Shown here: positions 22,226 to 34,543 of the stretch, one piece after another | How the letters are laid out: each line of letters starts with the position of its first letter | Position numbering within the stretch: position 1 is the first letter of the stretch | Source of the DNA: Paraphysomonas bandaiensis | Lineage: Eukaryota > Protista > Chrysophyceae | Assembly: GCA_965644295.1 (NCBI GenBank) | Contig: CBFFRP010000210.1 | Span: 62,001-126,000, forward strand | DNA length: 64,000 nt | Direction of reading: 5' to 3' | Made by a program: the position numbers and the translations under genes | Notes under the pieces: generated by a model | The model's input: the letters and a program-made list of their open reading frames with translations, nothing else | What the model was told of the DNA's origin: nothing | The model's database searches: none

Positions 22226-23036
22226 CGCTATTAAGTATCTGCTCTTGTCCGTTCTTAAAGCTGGGGTTGTTGAAAATGCTTGATCCACTATAGCTATGTG
22301 ATATATTTGTCACTGAATAAAGTGATAAAACCATCAAACATCAAACATCTATTCATACCGATTTTTGTGTGCTCGTTACCCCCTTTCAGCATTTTTGACA
22401 AACATCTTATTGTCGCTCTTTACGGTCGTAACCATGAATATTGATTCGCTAGCCTGCTGTTCAGCTTGTACTATAAATACTTAGATTAATAATATAAGAC
22501 ACTGCCGCACGATTCGCACGGTACAAGATATAAAGCGGCTACATACTCTAGGACGCTAGCCGCTTTATATCTTGTACCGTGCGAATCGTGCGGCAGTGTC
22601 TTATATTTTATATAATACAGTAATAGAAGCGTAGCCCATTATCGGCTGCAGGAAATTTTTCAATCTCTCGGTATCAGTTGGTAATACCTTGTACCTTGTA
22701 CTGATGTTGTGCACACTTCATGTTTGCACCACGATACCGGCTTGAGGCTGTTCACCCTCGAAGTGTTTAGTTTCTATCTAAGTATTTATAGTACAAGCTG
22801 AACAGCAGGCTAGCGAATCAATATTAATGGTTACGACCGTAAAGAGCGACAATAAGGTGTTTGTCAAAAATGCTGAAAGGGGGTAACGAGCACACAAAAA
22901 TCGGTATGAATAGATGTTTGATGTTTGATGGTTTTATCACTTTATTCAGTGACAAATATATCACATAGCTATAGTGGACCAAGCACTTTCAACAACCCCA
23001 GCTTTAAGAACGGACAAGAGCAGATACTTAATAGCG
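22226..23036. repeat. Foldback: 261-bp inverted arms around a 289-bp spacer
   Basis: 22226-22486 is the reverse complement of 22776-23036 with about 4 substitutions. Confidence 0.93.
22491..22607. repeat. Perfect palindrome (51-bp arms, 15-nt loop) nested inside the foldback spacer
   Basis: AATATAAGACACTGCCGCACGATTCGCACGGTACAAGATATAAAGCGGCTA at 22491-22541 and its reverse complement at 22557-22607. Confidence 0.93.
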
Positions 23037-23289
23037 AGCGAAATGGTACCGTTTGAATACTTTCTAGATACCGTTGATGGCAGTAATTCAGATGTTGGAT
23101 ATACGATATACTAAAAAATATGTTTCATAAGATAAATATGGTACATGGTATCTACTTACTGGTATGCTTCTGCACTGGGAAATCCAATCGAGGTGGAAGC
23201 GTGTTTAACTCTGCAAAGTGCATAACATCGGACTTTCTCAATCATATTTTTCCAACAATTCTTAACGTAAAGTAAATAGGTTATTGACA

Positions 23290-23450
23290 ATTATTTCGTT
23301 CATGTCAACTGTCAACCACTGCTCAACTTCCGTATCTTGAATCCTCATGATATAATACTTCCGTTTCATAGTTAGAGCTATATAGAATCTTTGACTATTG
23401 ACTACGTCTTACTGTATTTAACGTATTCTACAGTACTATCTTAGAGAACC
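23290..23450 (-). repeat. Dispersed repeat family C, diverged copy (partner at about 61075-61235, plus strand)
   Basis: Shared blocks TGTAGAATACGTTAAATACA, TAGTCAAAGAT.CTATATAGCT and ATACGGAAGT.GAGCAGTGGTTG. Confidence 0.75.
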
Positions 23451-25254
23451 ATACGTATTCCAACATAGGTACCATAGACGTTAAGGATTAGACTCTGAGA
23501 GTGATGACGAGCCTGACAACTGTCAGATTGTGGTGAATTAATACTTATACTAGTATCGATGGCGTTATCTTGGCTGTATCTTGGGGTACTATGATCTTAT
23601 GATTACTATGATGTATTACACATGATAGATCTCACGATCTGTGATGGGTTAATCCCTATTTCATTGCAATGATGAGAAGAAGTATATTGCAATGACATTA
23701 TTGGAGAGAATTCACAAACAGGGAGAGTCAAATGAAGAACTTCAGATTTTTAATTACATCAACTTTACATTGAATATTGCATGCCACTCTGTGCAACGTA
23801 TTAGCCGCCTGATATATATAGTACACCACAACATCGCAAAGCATCAGAGATTAACCGTGGCGCCAAGTAAGAAAAGCCACATTACCAAGAAAAAAGTATG
23901 ATATCCTGCAGATACATGTTACAACCACTTATAATATATTTGCATATCACATACGTTTTCGTTTCATGGGTTACAAATGAACCGAAGGATTTCCCCACAA
24001 TAACATTCCAGGTGCCACTAAATGATACATTAGAAATACATACAATGCAAACTGATGTCAATCATACCCCTTCTGTGTATCAAGCTCTTGTTTGACGATC
24101 TGTGCTATGTTCTTGTGATATCTAGCTTGCTCTCCTTTCTCCTGTACTCTCAATGCATTCGAAGCAACTTCTATCACAAAATTTTGATCATTCTACATTA
24201 AAAAAACATGTATTTTTATCATATAAAGTTATGTATATGGATCTAAACCTCATTCATTTCACTATACACGATCTGTAGTCTTCCAACTGCTGCTGTTTCT
24301 TGTGCCATATCTTAATATATAATGCAATGTATATATACAGAGGAGAGATAGTGAATGGAACTGTTAGTAGAGGTAATTCAATAGAGAATGATAGGCTATA
24401 GTGTTATATGGATATGTATGTATGGATCATACCTCAATGTAAGACTGCTATATATATATATGTATATCTGCCTGTACATACTCATATATATATATAACGA
24501 ACCCCTCACACACCTCTCTGTGCATACATACATCTATGTACATACATACACATCCTGCAGTACGTATTAAACATATGCATATATATACTGGTGATGTACT
24601 TCTATACATGCACATGAGTACATACATACTAACGTACAGCAGTACCTATAGAGAATCCTGTTGTACAAACAAGCACCGTTTCACACCCTCCATATATACA
24701 CATCATCATCAGCAGACTGAAAAAATCATCAGCAGCAGCAGCTATGGACTACTAAGTAGTACCTAAATTATCATACCTAATTACTATCTAGAACAATTAA
24801 CGTGAAGTTGATTACATGAATTATTGATCACTCTTACTGGTTCAAAGCAGATACTGTTTACCTAGGAGTTCTTTATTGAATAGCTAGATATATCACAATT
24901 CATGTTAGCACTACTCAGGAGTTCGTTCTATACAGCAGTATATCTAGAAAATACACAAAATTCAAGAAGAATTCGATACCATATATGGGATTTTTTTGAA
25001 TTGTTCCAGAAAAACTTAGAATCCCCATATGGGGATATTGAGTGGTATGTCCTCTGCGTGTGTGTATGTATGTATATGTATATATGGTGATGTGTAGTGT
25101 ATGTGTGTATGTATGTATGTATGTATATGTGTGTAGGTATGTATGTATGTATAGCCGAGAGGTGTGTGTATGATATGAGTGTGTATGTATATATTCATAG
25201 TGATCATATCGACCTCATATATACCCACCTCCACGACCTCATCATATAAACATC

Positions 25255-26821
25255 ATGGCAAAGAAATCATTCGATTATTCCAAGTGGGATAACATTGAAT
25301 TGAGTGACGATGAAAGTGATCTTCATCCCAATATCGACAAGGTCACTCCTACGTGTATATCCATATATAACAATAACCACAAGATGCTCGTATGCTATAC
25401 AGGAATCATGGTTTCGTATGAAACATAGATCTCGATTAGAAAGAGAAGCACGTGAAGATGAAGAGATTAAAGAGATGAATAAACAGAATGAGCAAGACAA
25501 TGCTCGTATTAAGATTATTAAAGCACGATTGAATGGTTTACAGAGTGGTCAAGCTGATGAAGATGCAGAGTTTGAAGATATGGAAGCATTACAAGGGGAA
25601 CTCAGTGAATTAGAGGCCAGAGTTGCAGAGAAAGAGAAGAGAATTAAGACGATTCATGAGAAGAGGTGTGTCTATTGTATATGTGTTTGTATATGTACAG
25701 TGATGTGGTATATACACGACTGTGGTGATGCATATATGTTTAGAGTGATGTGATATGTATATACAGGGCATGGAACATCGACAATATATGCAAGGTGAAG
25801 GAAGAGAAGTCCATTATTAATGACGCAAAGATGTCCTCTCTCAAAGCAGATGACTTCAAGCCTACCGGTCTGACTGAGTCAGTGTTGCAGAAGAATCAAC
25901 AACAACGCGAAAAGGAGGCTGAACCTGTTGCCCCGACTGCGAGTGATTCCACTCCCGCAGCGCAGACCAGCGCACCCGCTCCAACACCCGCTCCAGTTTC
26001 CAAGCCAGCTTCTACTTCTTCCCCAGCCGCTGTTTCTCCTCCTGCTCCTGGACCCGCACCCGTAAAGGACCCAAAACTTGCAGCAATGTCCTACAATGAT
26101 TACGTTCTTGAACACGAAGCTACGCTCGAGCATTATAGTGAAATTGCTTCTCTGGATGCCACTAAAGAATACCTGTTTAAGCACGGTCACATTCTACTTC
26201 ACGAACATGCTCAGTCATACATGCTGCTTTCATGTCTGGAGGACGAAATGAACGGGAAACATAGACGCATGCGGCAAGTCTGTCGACAGAGTCAGATTCT
26301 CAGTCACATCACAGAACTTGCCACCAGCATGAGGCGTGATCCCCGAGATGTTATTTTGCCCTTTTTCATGCGTCTCCAAGAACCAGAACATCTTAAGGGA
26401 TTCAATGATGCTGTATATGACTTTACTGTGCGTATTCAGAAGCGCGCTGTGGAGAAACGTAAAGAGATGGACGCTGAACGACGCAGGTAAGTCTTTGAAG
26501 GACTGAGCTCGGTGATTTAACTTCGAGCTTAACAGGGAGCAAGGTGATGGAGAGGTGCCCTTAGGACCAGGTGGCCTGAATCCATACGAGGTGTTGGAAC
26601 AACTTCCTGCTATCCTGAGAGAAGCATTTGACAGTCAGGATGTTGAACAGCTGCATAAAGCGGTGGCGCAAATGAGTCCCGCGGAGGCACGCAAATGGAT
26701 GAAAATGTGCGTCGACAGTGGCCTCTGGGTTCCTAACGACGCGAACGAGTTCGATGGACCAATTGATGAAGAGGAAGGTGAAGACGAGCCTATACCTTCT
26801 CCTGCAGAAGATACCTCTTAG
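25255..26821 (+). CDS. CDC37: Hsp90 co-chaperone Cdc37
   Basis: Exons 25255-25341, 25403-25665, 25767-26486 and 26536-26821. The N-terminus FDYSKWDNIELSDDESDLHPNIDK is diagnostic; WNIDNI; C-terminal LGPGGLNPYEV...CVDSGLWVP. Confidence 0.95.
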
Positions 26822-27304
26822 TAGGAGTCAACGTGAAATTTTAGTACATCCTTGATATCATTCATGGTCAACGTAGTAATTTAAATTTTGAAAGAAAAAA
26901 CGTCTGTTGTCTCTTCATACTGGATACATATAACAATACTGTCAATCGTAAATTGACAAACAGATAGTACTCTCTCTAATTCATAATTCAGTTCATGATA
27001 TATTTCATTGAACATTATAGCTCACAGATACTGTCTTGTATTAAGCTAAATCCTAATAATACTGTGATGAGTTTGCTTACTTAACCTGATAATATTGGTT
27101 GGTAGTGCTGGCGATAGATATTTTAAACTAGATACACATTTTTCTTTGTGATATAATATTTATATATATGTACCGCTTCCCTATTTTGAGGTATTGATTA
27201 CTCTACTACTATAACTAACATGAATTTGATATTCCATATGCTTTCAATCAAAAAGATAGCTACCTTGTACGAAGAAAATTATACCCAGCATATATATTTT
27301 ATTG

Positions 27305-29840
27305 CTAGAAGCGATTGTGTCGAGTGACGCCTGCAGCAGATGATAGTGCAGTTTCATCCATAAAGGACCAATCGGGAAGCCGGTTAGGATCGCTTTTATT
27401 GGGGGCAATAATTGAGTCGCGAATGTTCAGTACTTCGCTCTGTTCAGAAGCGGTGTCCACAACTGCAGTAAAGAATATTACACAGGCACAGGAAATATGT
27501 ACCAAAACGAAACGTACATGTTCCTTCTTCAAGAACCCCGGCCATTCGCGTTTCTTGAGCATCTACGGAACGTCTTTTCCCAGCTCTGTCGTCAGGAGGA
27601 GGAACCCATGGACCGTCCCGGACTCTGTTGTATATGTCATCCCAATTCACAGAGTCAAAGAACGAGCACGCCATGATGTCCTTCGGAGATTCACGAGAAG
27701 CTCCAAGTCTCTTGGCAGGGTCCCTCTGAAGCAAACCGAGCAATAGTTCCCGTGCACGGGGAGAAAACTTCTCCTCCGGTTTAAACACGACGTCGGCGTA
27801 GAGTACACGCTGGTAGGTCTGACGAAGGTCAGACCCCCGAAAAGTAGGCATCCCACCAAGCATCTCGTATATCATCACACCCACACTCCACCAGTCAGCA
27901 GCCATTCCATATCTACCAACGCACCGTACAAAATTACTCTCACGTCTACAACTACTCACTCCACTTACCCATATTCACCTTTTTCCTTGCTCGGAACCTT
28001 GGCCTTTTTACCCTTGCGCATACGGTCTTCGTTTTCAATCCTACGTACGTACTAGTTAATACAAGCAACTGAAACCTACAAATACACACCTGAATACTCC
28101 AGTCCGCAGCACTTCTGGAGCAGAGTAATCTGGCGTACCAACGAGACTCATGGCGCCTGTAGGGTTACTTACATCTGTCTTGGAAAGCCCATAGTCTATC
28201 AGTATAATATGGCCACGGGAATCGAGCATAACATTATGAGGCTTAATATCTCTGTACAACACCTGCATCGAATGCAAATGCGATACAGCTAGCACCAGCT
28301 CCGAGGCATATATGCGTACCCATTCTTCGGGAAGGCATTTGAACCGCTGTATGAGTTGCTTGAGGTTTCCTCCGCTCAGATATTCCATTCCGAGGTAGAG
28401 GTTATTCTCACTCTGAAATGCAAACTTCAAACCCGTAGTAAAAGGGTGGGGTGCACTATGCGCCATTGCGTGTAGAATATCGCGCTCAGCCATTGCCTGT
28501 CTCTTATCCGCTTTTCTGTGTATAGAATATATGCATTAGATGCCTTACGTCAAACACTCATATCACCCACCTCATATTTCTCTTGCTGATTATTTTCAGG
28601 GCATACAATCTTCCATCCGTCTTCGATTCAGCAAGTAAAACTCTACCGAATGCACCCTTTCCTAGTTCTCTTCTAAATTTAAAACTGGATAGCTTTGTGA
28701 ATCTCGGTTTGTCGGACGCAACCGGAATGTTCGGTTCATTGTCGCCGAATATCCATTTCATTATTGATTCATACCAAGGAACATCTCCTTCCTTAGTCGG
28801 AGCTGAGTTATTCATACGTTAGAGGTATATGAGAGTGATATACGAGTATATAGGGGAAAGGAGGACTTAGGATAGAGATATATAGCGGTACATAGAGATA
28901 TACACGGGTATGCAAAGAAATAAAGGAGTATATAAAGGGCTATACAGGGATATATATGGGTGTACAGGAAGATATATAGAGGTACATATATATTGGGCAA
29001 TATATATAGGTGTGTAGAGCGAGATATATAGATGCTATACATATATAGAAAGAGGTATATACAGGGCTATAGGGGTATAGAGATATAGATATAGATATAG
29101 AGGGGTAGATACAGGGTTAGATAGAGGTATATACAGAGCTATAGGGGTATAGAGATATAGAGGGGTAGATACAGGGTTAGATAGAGATATATAGAAAGGT
29201 ATATAGGTATATACAGAGCTATAGGGGTATTGAGATATAGATATAGAGGGGTAGATACAGGGTTAGATAGAGATATATAGAGGTACATAGGTATATACAG
29301 GGCTATGGGGGTATAGAGATATGTAGAGAGAGGGGTGTATACAGGGCTATAGGGGTATAAAGATATAGAGGGGTAGATACAGGGTTAGATAGAGATATAT
29401 ACAGAGCTATAGGGGTATAGAGATATATATAGAGAGGGGTGTATACAGGGCTATGGGGGTATAGATAGGGGTAGATACAGGGTTAGATAGAGAGAAAGAG
29501 AGAGAGAGAGATACATAGAGGTATTCACAGGGCAATAGTAGTATATAGATGTATATACAGGGCTATGGGGGCATATATATATCTGTAGGCGTACAGATGG
29601 TACGTAGAGGCACATGAACTCACCTCCTGTATCACCAGTAAGAGCAAACGTATCAAACTCAAAGTCTGGATCGTTCTCTCCAATAATATACTCCTCACCC
29701 GTATCAAGATTACGTATCGTCAACTCCTTAACATTAGATGGTATGATTTGACTTACAGAAGGGACATGAGATGGGACATGAGATGGTTTTATTTCTGTTA
29801 TTTTTGTTTCCTCATTAGGAGTGTTATCGTTATTACTCAT
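27305..29840 (-). CDS. AGC-group Ser/Thr protein kinase (S6K/SGK/AKT-like), multi-exon
   Basis: GKGAFGRV, YALK, YRDIKPHN, DYGLSK, GTPDYSAPE, DWWSVG, hydrophobic-motif-like DWSF. Internal exon boundaries were only partly resolved. Confidence 0.88.
29040..29490 (+). repeat. Degenerate purine-rich intronic minisatellite
   Basis: Recurring blocks AGGGCTATAGGGGTATAGAGATAT and AGAGGGGTAGATACAGGGTTAGATAGAG inside the first intron of the kinase gene. Confidence 0.8.
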
Positions 29841-30066
29841 AGTTAAGATATATGTATGTATATGTATGTATGTATGTATGTATATACAGATACTGCTATT
29901 GATATAATCACATACAATCAATACATACACATCACTTTCACTTACACATAAGAAGAAGTGTGTATAGAATATGAAGAGTGAAGTGAGATGATATCAACCC
30001 GAAGTGAAGTAATCAATACAATACCCCTACTCCTATATGATACCCACATACATACACATGTGCGTG

Positions 30067-30369
30067 CATACATACATACATACATACATACATACATACA
30101 TACATACATACATACATACATACATACATACATACATACATACATACATACATACATACATACATACATACATACATACATACATACATACATACATACA
30201 TACATACATACATACATACATACATACATACATACATACATACATACATACATACATACATACATACATACATACATACATACATACATACATACATACA
30301 TACATACATACATACATACATACATACATACATACATACATACATACATACATACATACATACATACAT
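30067..30369 (+). repeat. (TACA)n microsatellite, about 300 bp
   Basis: Perfect tetranucleotide run between the divergent AGC kinase and the kinase pseudogene. Confidence 0.98.
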
Positions 30370-30466
30370 GCAACAAATCCCGGAGTAGTTTACCTCCACC
30401 GCTTACTACACAAAGTTTTTCGAGGAATGGAAACTTGTTGATCAATCACAACAATGGCCATAGGAA

Positions 30467-31554
30467 ATGGCTGAATTAGACAAACGAATTGCTGACTTGG
30501 AGGCTCGAGTTGCTAAGTTTGAGACTGAGTTGGATGCTGCCACTTCCGCCCAAGAGAATAGCGAGATCCGACAGTTAATCATCACAGGAAGAGAGACTCT
30601 CAACAGACTACTGGATGAGAAGAAGGTTCAGATCTCTGCTATGGATGCTTTGTTCTTGTTTTAAGATCGATACTTCTTCATTTTGTAGTCCCTGTAGGGT
30701 TGTCAACACTGTCAGTGACTGAACTAGTGACTCGGGCTTGTTAATTGAATGTTGCAGAGGTGAATCCTAATGCAGTTTCTGGTATGGTTAGGAAGTTTGG
30801 ATGGAACGTGGACATAGCTATCAGAACTAATGATACAGAACTCCTTGCAGGTGCCTACGAAGACGCTTTGAAGTTGCCTTCTGTTCAAACTACTGTAGAG
30901 CTGGAAAGGAATGGATTTGTTCTTGATGGAGTGATGATCAATGGCAACGATAGTTTGCAGATTTGTTTCAAGCGCTCTGTCCCTTATGCTTTAAAGATAT
31001 GCACACCTCAGGAGTACGAGCGCGCCAAGAACTTTGAGAATGTTTTGAAAGGCCAGCCGCCCTGTCAGTGGATCATCTCGTTTGAGCTTTATGAACGACA
31101 TCTCAAATTCTTCATGTTTATGCCTCTGCATCCTGTCACCCTCGAGCACCTTCCTTCTTTAGATTTGATCACAGCACCCATGTTTTGGACTTGTCTTTCT
31201 GGTGCACTGGACTTCCTGCATCAGAATGGCTATGCTCACAATATCCTCATCAACACATGCGGTGAGTTTATTCTGACGGATTTGGGTAGTTTGGTGCTGT
31301 TCAACTCACGCAGTGCTTCTACTCGGGCCTATATTCCGACGGAGTTGTGGGATCGTCGGAATGACAGAGGTCCTGTTGCATCTATTAATTCAGACTTTTG
31401 GATGCTGGCGATGACCATCTTCGAGAAGGTGTGTGGAGGTAACATCAGTGGAGCTGAATCTCCTAAGCAATCAACAATAATTGGAGCTATAAAGGCCAAT
31501 TCAAAATGTGATGATTTTTTTCACGTGTTGCTTGAACGTCTTGGGATAGTGTAA
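30467..31554 (+). pseudogene. Coiled-coil-headed protein kinase-like pseudogene
   Basis: The kinase fold is recognisable (YALK, DLGS, TRAYIP, DFWML), but the catalytic loop reads YAH-NILI with the xDxKxx hexapeptide missing. An in-frame TAA sits at 30742-30744. Confidence 0.7.
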
Positions 31555-31929
31555 GTGTAAATAAGTTATGTTTATGTGCGGTCTTCTTGATTGTGAGTGC
31601 GAAAAATATATAAGGTAATTTGTTATTTAAAGTATAGTATTATTAATATTATAAGTTAAAAACTTAGAGTATTAAGGAAGATTGCCCCATTCTGAGAGCG
31701 TAGCCTAGTGAAGTGCTAGTGTTGACAAAGCTAAGTAACGTATAGATTATAATACAAATCTCAGCGTATTCTTTGTGTGTCGGCACCATGAAAACTCTAG
31801 CTAGATAGGCATGATCTGATACAGTCAATATATTACAGTTTAACTAACAGAGTTTTACTTATTTCATGAATTCATGTAATAATATTTTCAAATACTATAT
31901 ATTTTCAATTACAAATGAGCACAATTGAT

Positions 31930-33591
31930 CTATGAACATGGAGGGTCCTGTGTACGAAGCCACTGCAGTACATCCAACTGACCACCACCTAAAGTAGCAC
32001 TATAAGTCCGTGCATACCAGGGATTCGAAGGGTCCTGTGAACGAAGCCACTGTAGAGCATCCAAGTATCCACCCGCTGCTGCAGTACAACAACTTAATAC
32101 ATTCCAGGGACATGGAGGGTCCTGTGAACGAAGCCATTGCAGTATATACAAGTGTCCACCTCTAGCAGCAGCATTACAAGTTTCTTCATCCCAGGGACAT
32201 GGAGGGTCCTGTGAACGAAGCCATTGCAGAATATGCAAGTGTCCACCTCTAGCAGCAGCAATACAAGTTTCTTCATCCCAGGGACATGGAGGGTCCTGTG
32301 AACGAAGCCATTGCAGTATATACAAGTGTCCACCTCTAGCAGCAGCATTGCAAGTCTCTTCATCCCAGGGACATGGTGGGTCCTGTGAACGAAGCCACTG
32401 CAGAACATTCAAGTGTCCACCCGCTGCTGCAGTACAACAAATTTCTACATTCCAGGTACATGGACATGGAGGGTCCTGTGAACGAAGCCATTGCAGAATA
32501 TGCAAGTGTCCATGTTTAGCAGCACCATTGCAAGTCTCTTCACCCCAGGGACATGGTGGGTCCTGTGAACGAAGCCACTCCAGCACATCCAAGTGTCCAC
32601 GCACTGCAGCAATATTGCAAGTGTCTTCATCCCAGGGACATGGAGGGTCCTCTGAACGAAGCCACTGTAGAATACTCAAGTGTCCACGAGATGCTGCAGA
32701 AAAACAAGTGTCTACATTCCAGGTGCATGGACATGGAGGGTCCTGTGAACGAAGCCACTGTAGAATATTCAAGTTTCCTCTCGTAATAGCAGCTTGACAA
32801 GTCTCTTCATCCCATGGACATGGTGGGTCCTGTAAACGAAGCCACTTCAGAACATCGAAGTATCCATACTCTATAGCAGCATTGCATGTCCGTGCATCCC
32901 ATGGACATGGAGGGTCCTGTGAACGAAGCCACTGTAGAATATTCAAGTATCCACCACTAGCAGCAGCATAACAAGTCAGTCCATCCCAGGGACATGGAGG
33001 GTCCTGTGAACGAAGCCACTGCAGTACATCCAAGTGTCCATTCGCAGCACCCTCAGCGATAGCGGCTTCATCCCAGGGACATGGAGGGTCCTGCGAACGA
33101 AGCCACTGAAGTGCCTCCACGTGTCCACCCCTAGCAGCTTCCATACAAATTTCTTCGTGCCAGGGACATGGAGGGTCCTGTGAACGAAGCCACTGAAGTA
33201 CCTCCACGTGTCCTTCCATAGCAGCACTCTCTATGGGCCAATATATACTTCTGCTACCCCATATGTATGCAGGGTCCCGTGTGTCTGTATGTGCACGTAT
33301 GTATCTCATGATATGCATCATCTGCTGTAGTCTGCCGTGTTTTGCACATCTATACATTAGCAGTGGGTGTGGGCAGCCCATAGCCAGAGCCCATGAGACC
33401 ATTGAGTTGGTCATACAGTAGTGAGATGCATGTGACTGTACTCTCCTCTTGTCAGTGTATACTATATCGTGAAATCTCTTACAAGTCATTATCACTGGAA
33501 GGACAGCCGTGTGTGGGATCATGGAGATGATGATACGAACAACATCATCATTAAGAGCAGATATATGCGACATATATAAACACTGATTCAT
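31930..33591 (-). CDS. F-box-like N-terminus plus 15 ankyrin-like repeats of the WLRSQDPPCPW type
   Basis: LNDDVVRIIISMIP...TCKRFHDIV is F-box-like. Repeats are 27-29 aa: TCxxAAxxGHLxILQWLRSQDPPCPW. Intronless. Confidence 0.85.
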   Translation of the reverse strand: MNQCLYMSHISALNDDVVRIIISMIPHTAVLPVIMTCKRFHDIVYTDKRRVQSHASHYCMTNSMVSWALAMGCPHPLLMYRCAKHGRLQQMMHIMRYIRAHTDTRDPAYIWGSRSIYWPIESAAMEGHVEVLQWLRSQDPPCPWHEEICMEAARGGHVEALQWLRSQDPPCPWDEAAIAEGAANGHLDVLQWLRSQDPPCPWDGLTCYAAASGGYLNILQWLRSQDPPCPWDARTCNAAIEYGYFDVLKWLRLQDPPCPWDEETCQAAITRGNLNILQWLRSQDPPCPCTWNVDTCFSAASRGHLSILQWLRSEDPPCPWDEDTCNIAAVRGHLDVLEWLRSQDPPCPWGEETCNGAAKHGHLHILQWLRSQDPPCPCTWNVEICCTAAAGGHLNVLQWLRSQDPPCPWDEETCNAAARGGHLYILQWLRSQDPPCPWDEETCIAAARGGHLHILQWLRSQDPPCPWDEETCNAAARGGHLYILQWLRSQDPPCPWNVLSCCTAAAGGYLDALQWLRSQDPSNPWYARTYSATLGGGQLDVLQWLRTQDPPCS

Positions 33592-33689
33592 GGTTAATAT
33601 GAGACTGATAGAGTGTTCATACAGCAGATGAGAATGAGATGAGGATTCCTACTCGTAGCTTTGGATGTGCGTGATGAGCAAGACACTGA

Positions 33690-33857
33690 CTGGAGGTGGT
33701 TGTGCATGTCGATTTCGTCGATTTGTTCATCGTTTATTTCATCGAAAAATCATCGTTTTTTCATTTAAAAGTCACTTTTTTTCACTTTTCACTGAAAAAA
33801 CGATGATTTTTCGATGAAATAAACGATGAACAAATCGATATGCACAACCACCCCCTG
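33690..33857. mobile_element. Foldback MITE with long TIRs and a CAGGGGG-type terminus
   Basis: GGTGGTTGTGCAT..TCGATTTGTTCATCGTTTATTTCATCGAAAAATCATCGTTTTTTCA is mirrored by its reverse complement ending ATGCACAACCACCCCCTG. No TSD seen. Confidence 0.8.
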
Positions 33858-34543
33858 ATGTGTGTGTGTTGATTGAAAACAATGCACTCAATTCTACAGT
33901 AGTATACCTATATACAGTACAGTACACTGTGGTATGCTTGTCCTCCAATTCATTCCCCCTATACACACATATGGAGGGAGCTATACTGGTAAAGGATTCA
34001 GCATATCATGCATCTAACAGTAACAACAGGAGTATATATTGATGAGAATAACATACTGTTACGATGTGCGTGTAGAGGAAGTATCTTATGTATGTGGTGC
34101 TGTGCTGGTATATATGAAGGTGGGATGTGCGGAGGTATGTATGGTGGTGGAAACCCCTATGGGGCAATAAAAATTCAAAGTGCTGCCATAATGATGTTGT
34201 ACAACGGTTATCTTTAGTAAAAGGCGAAAGATAAGTGCGCCTAGTATAACATCAGCAGGATACTCTCAATGGGGGTTGTTAGCATTTATATAGTTATTAA
34301 TTTACCCAAAATATAAATTCTATAATTTGGTCATGGTATACGGTGGGGTATACAGAGTATGCCTTTGTACTCGGGTATACCTATGTGGGTATAGCGGTAC
34401 ACGGTGAAGCAGTGTTTCTATAGTAGGTATAGTACCTCTGTACTGCTGCTAATGTACTGCTGTATATCTGCAGGCCATATTAAGAAGCACACATCCATCT
34501 TATAGACTGCATATAGTATAGAACCACACAGAGAAGAAGAATC

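Noticed and set aside
25255-29840. Functional clustering of CDC37 with a kinase client
   Set aside because: Adjacency of two common genes in a compact genome is not evidence of a cluster.
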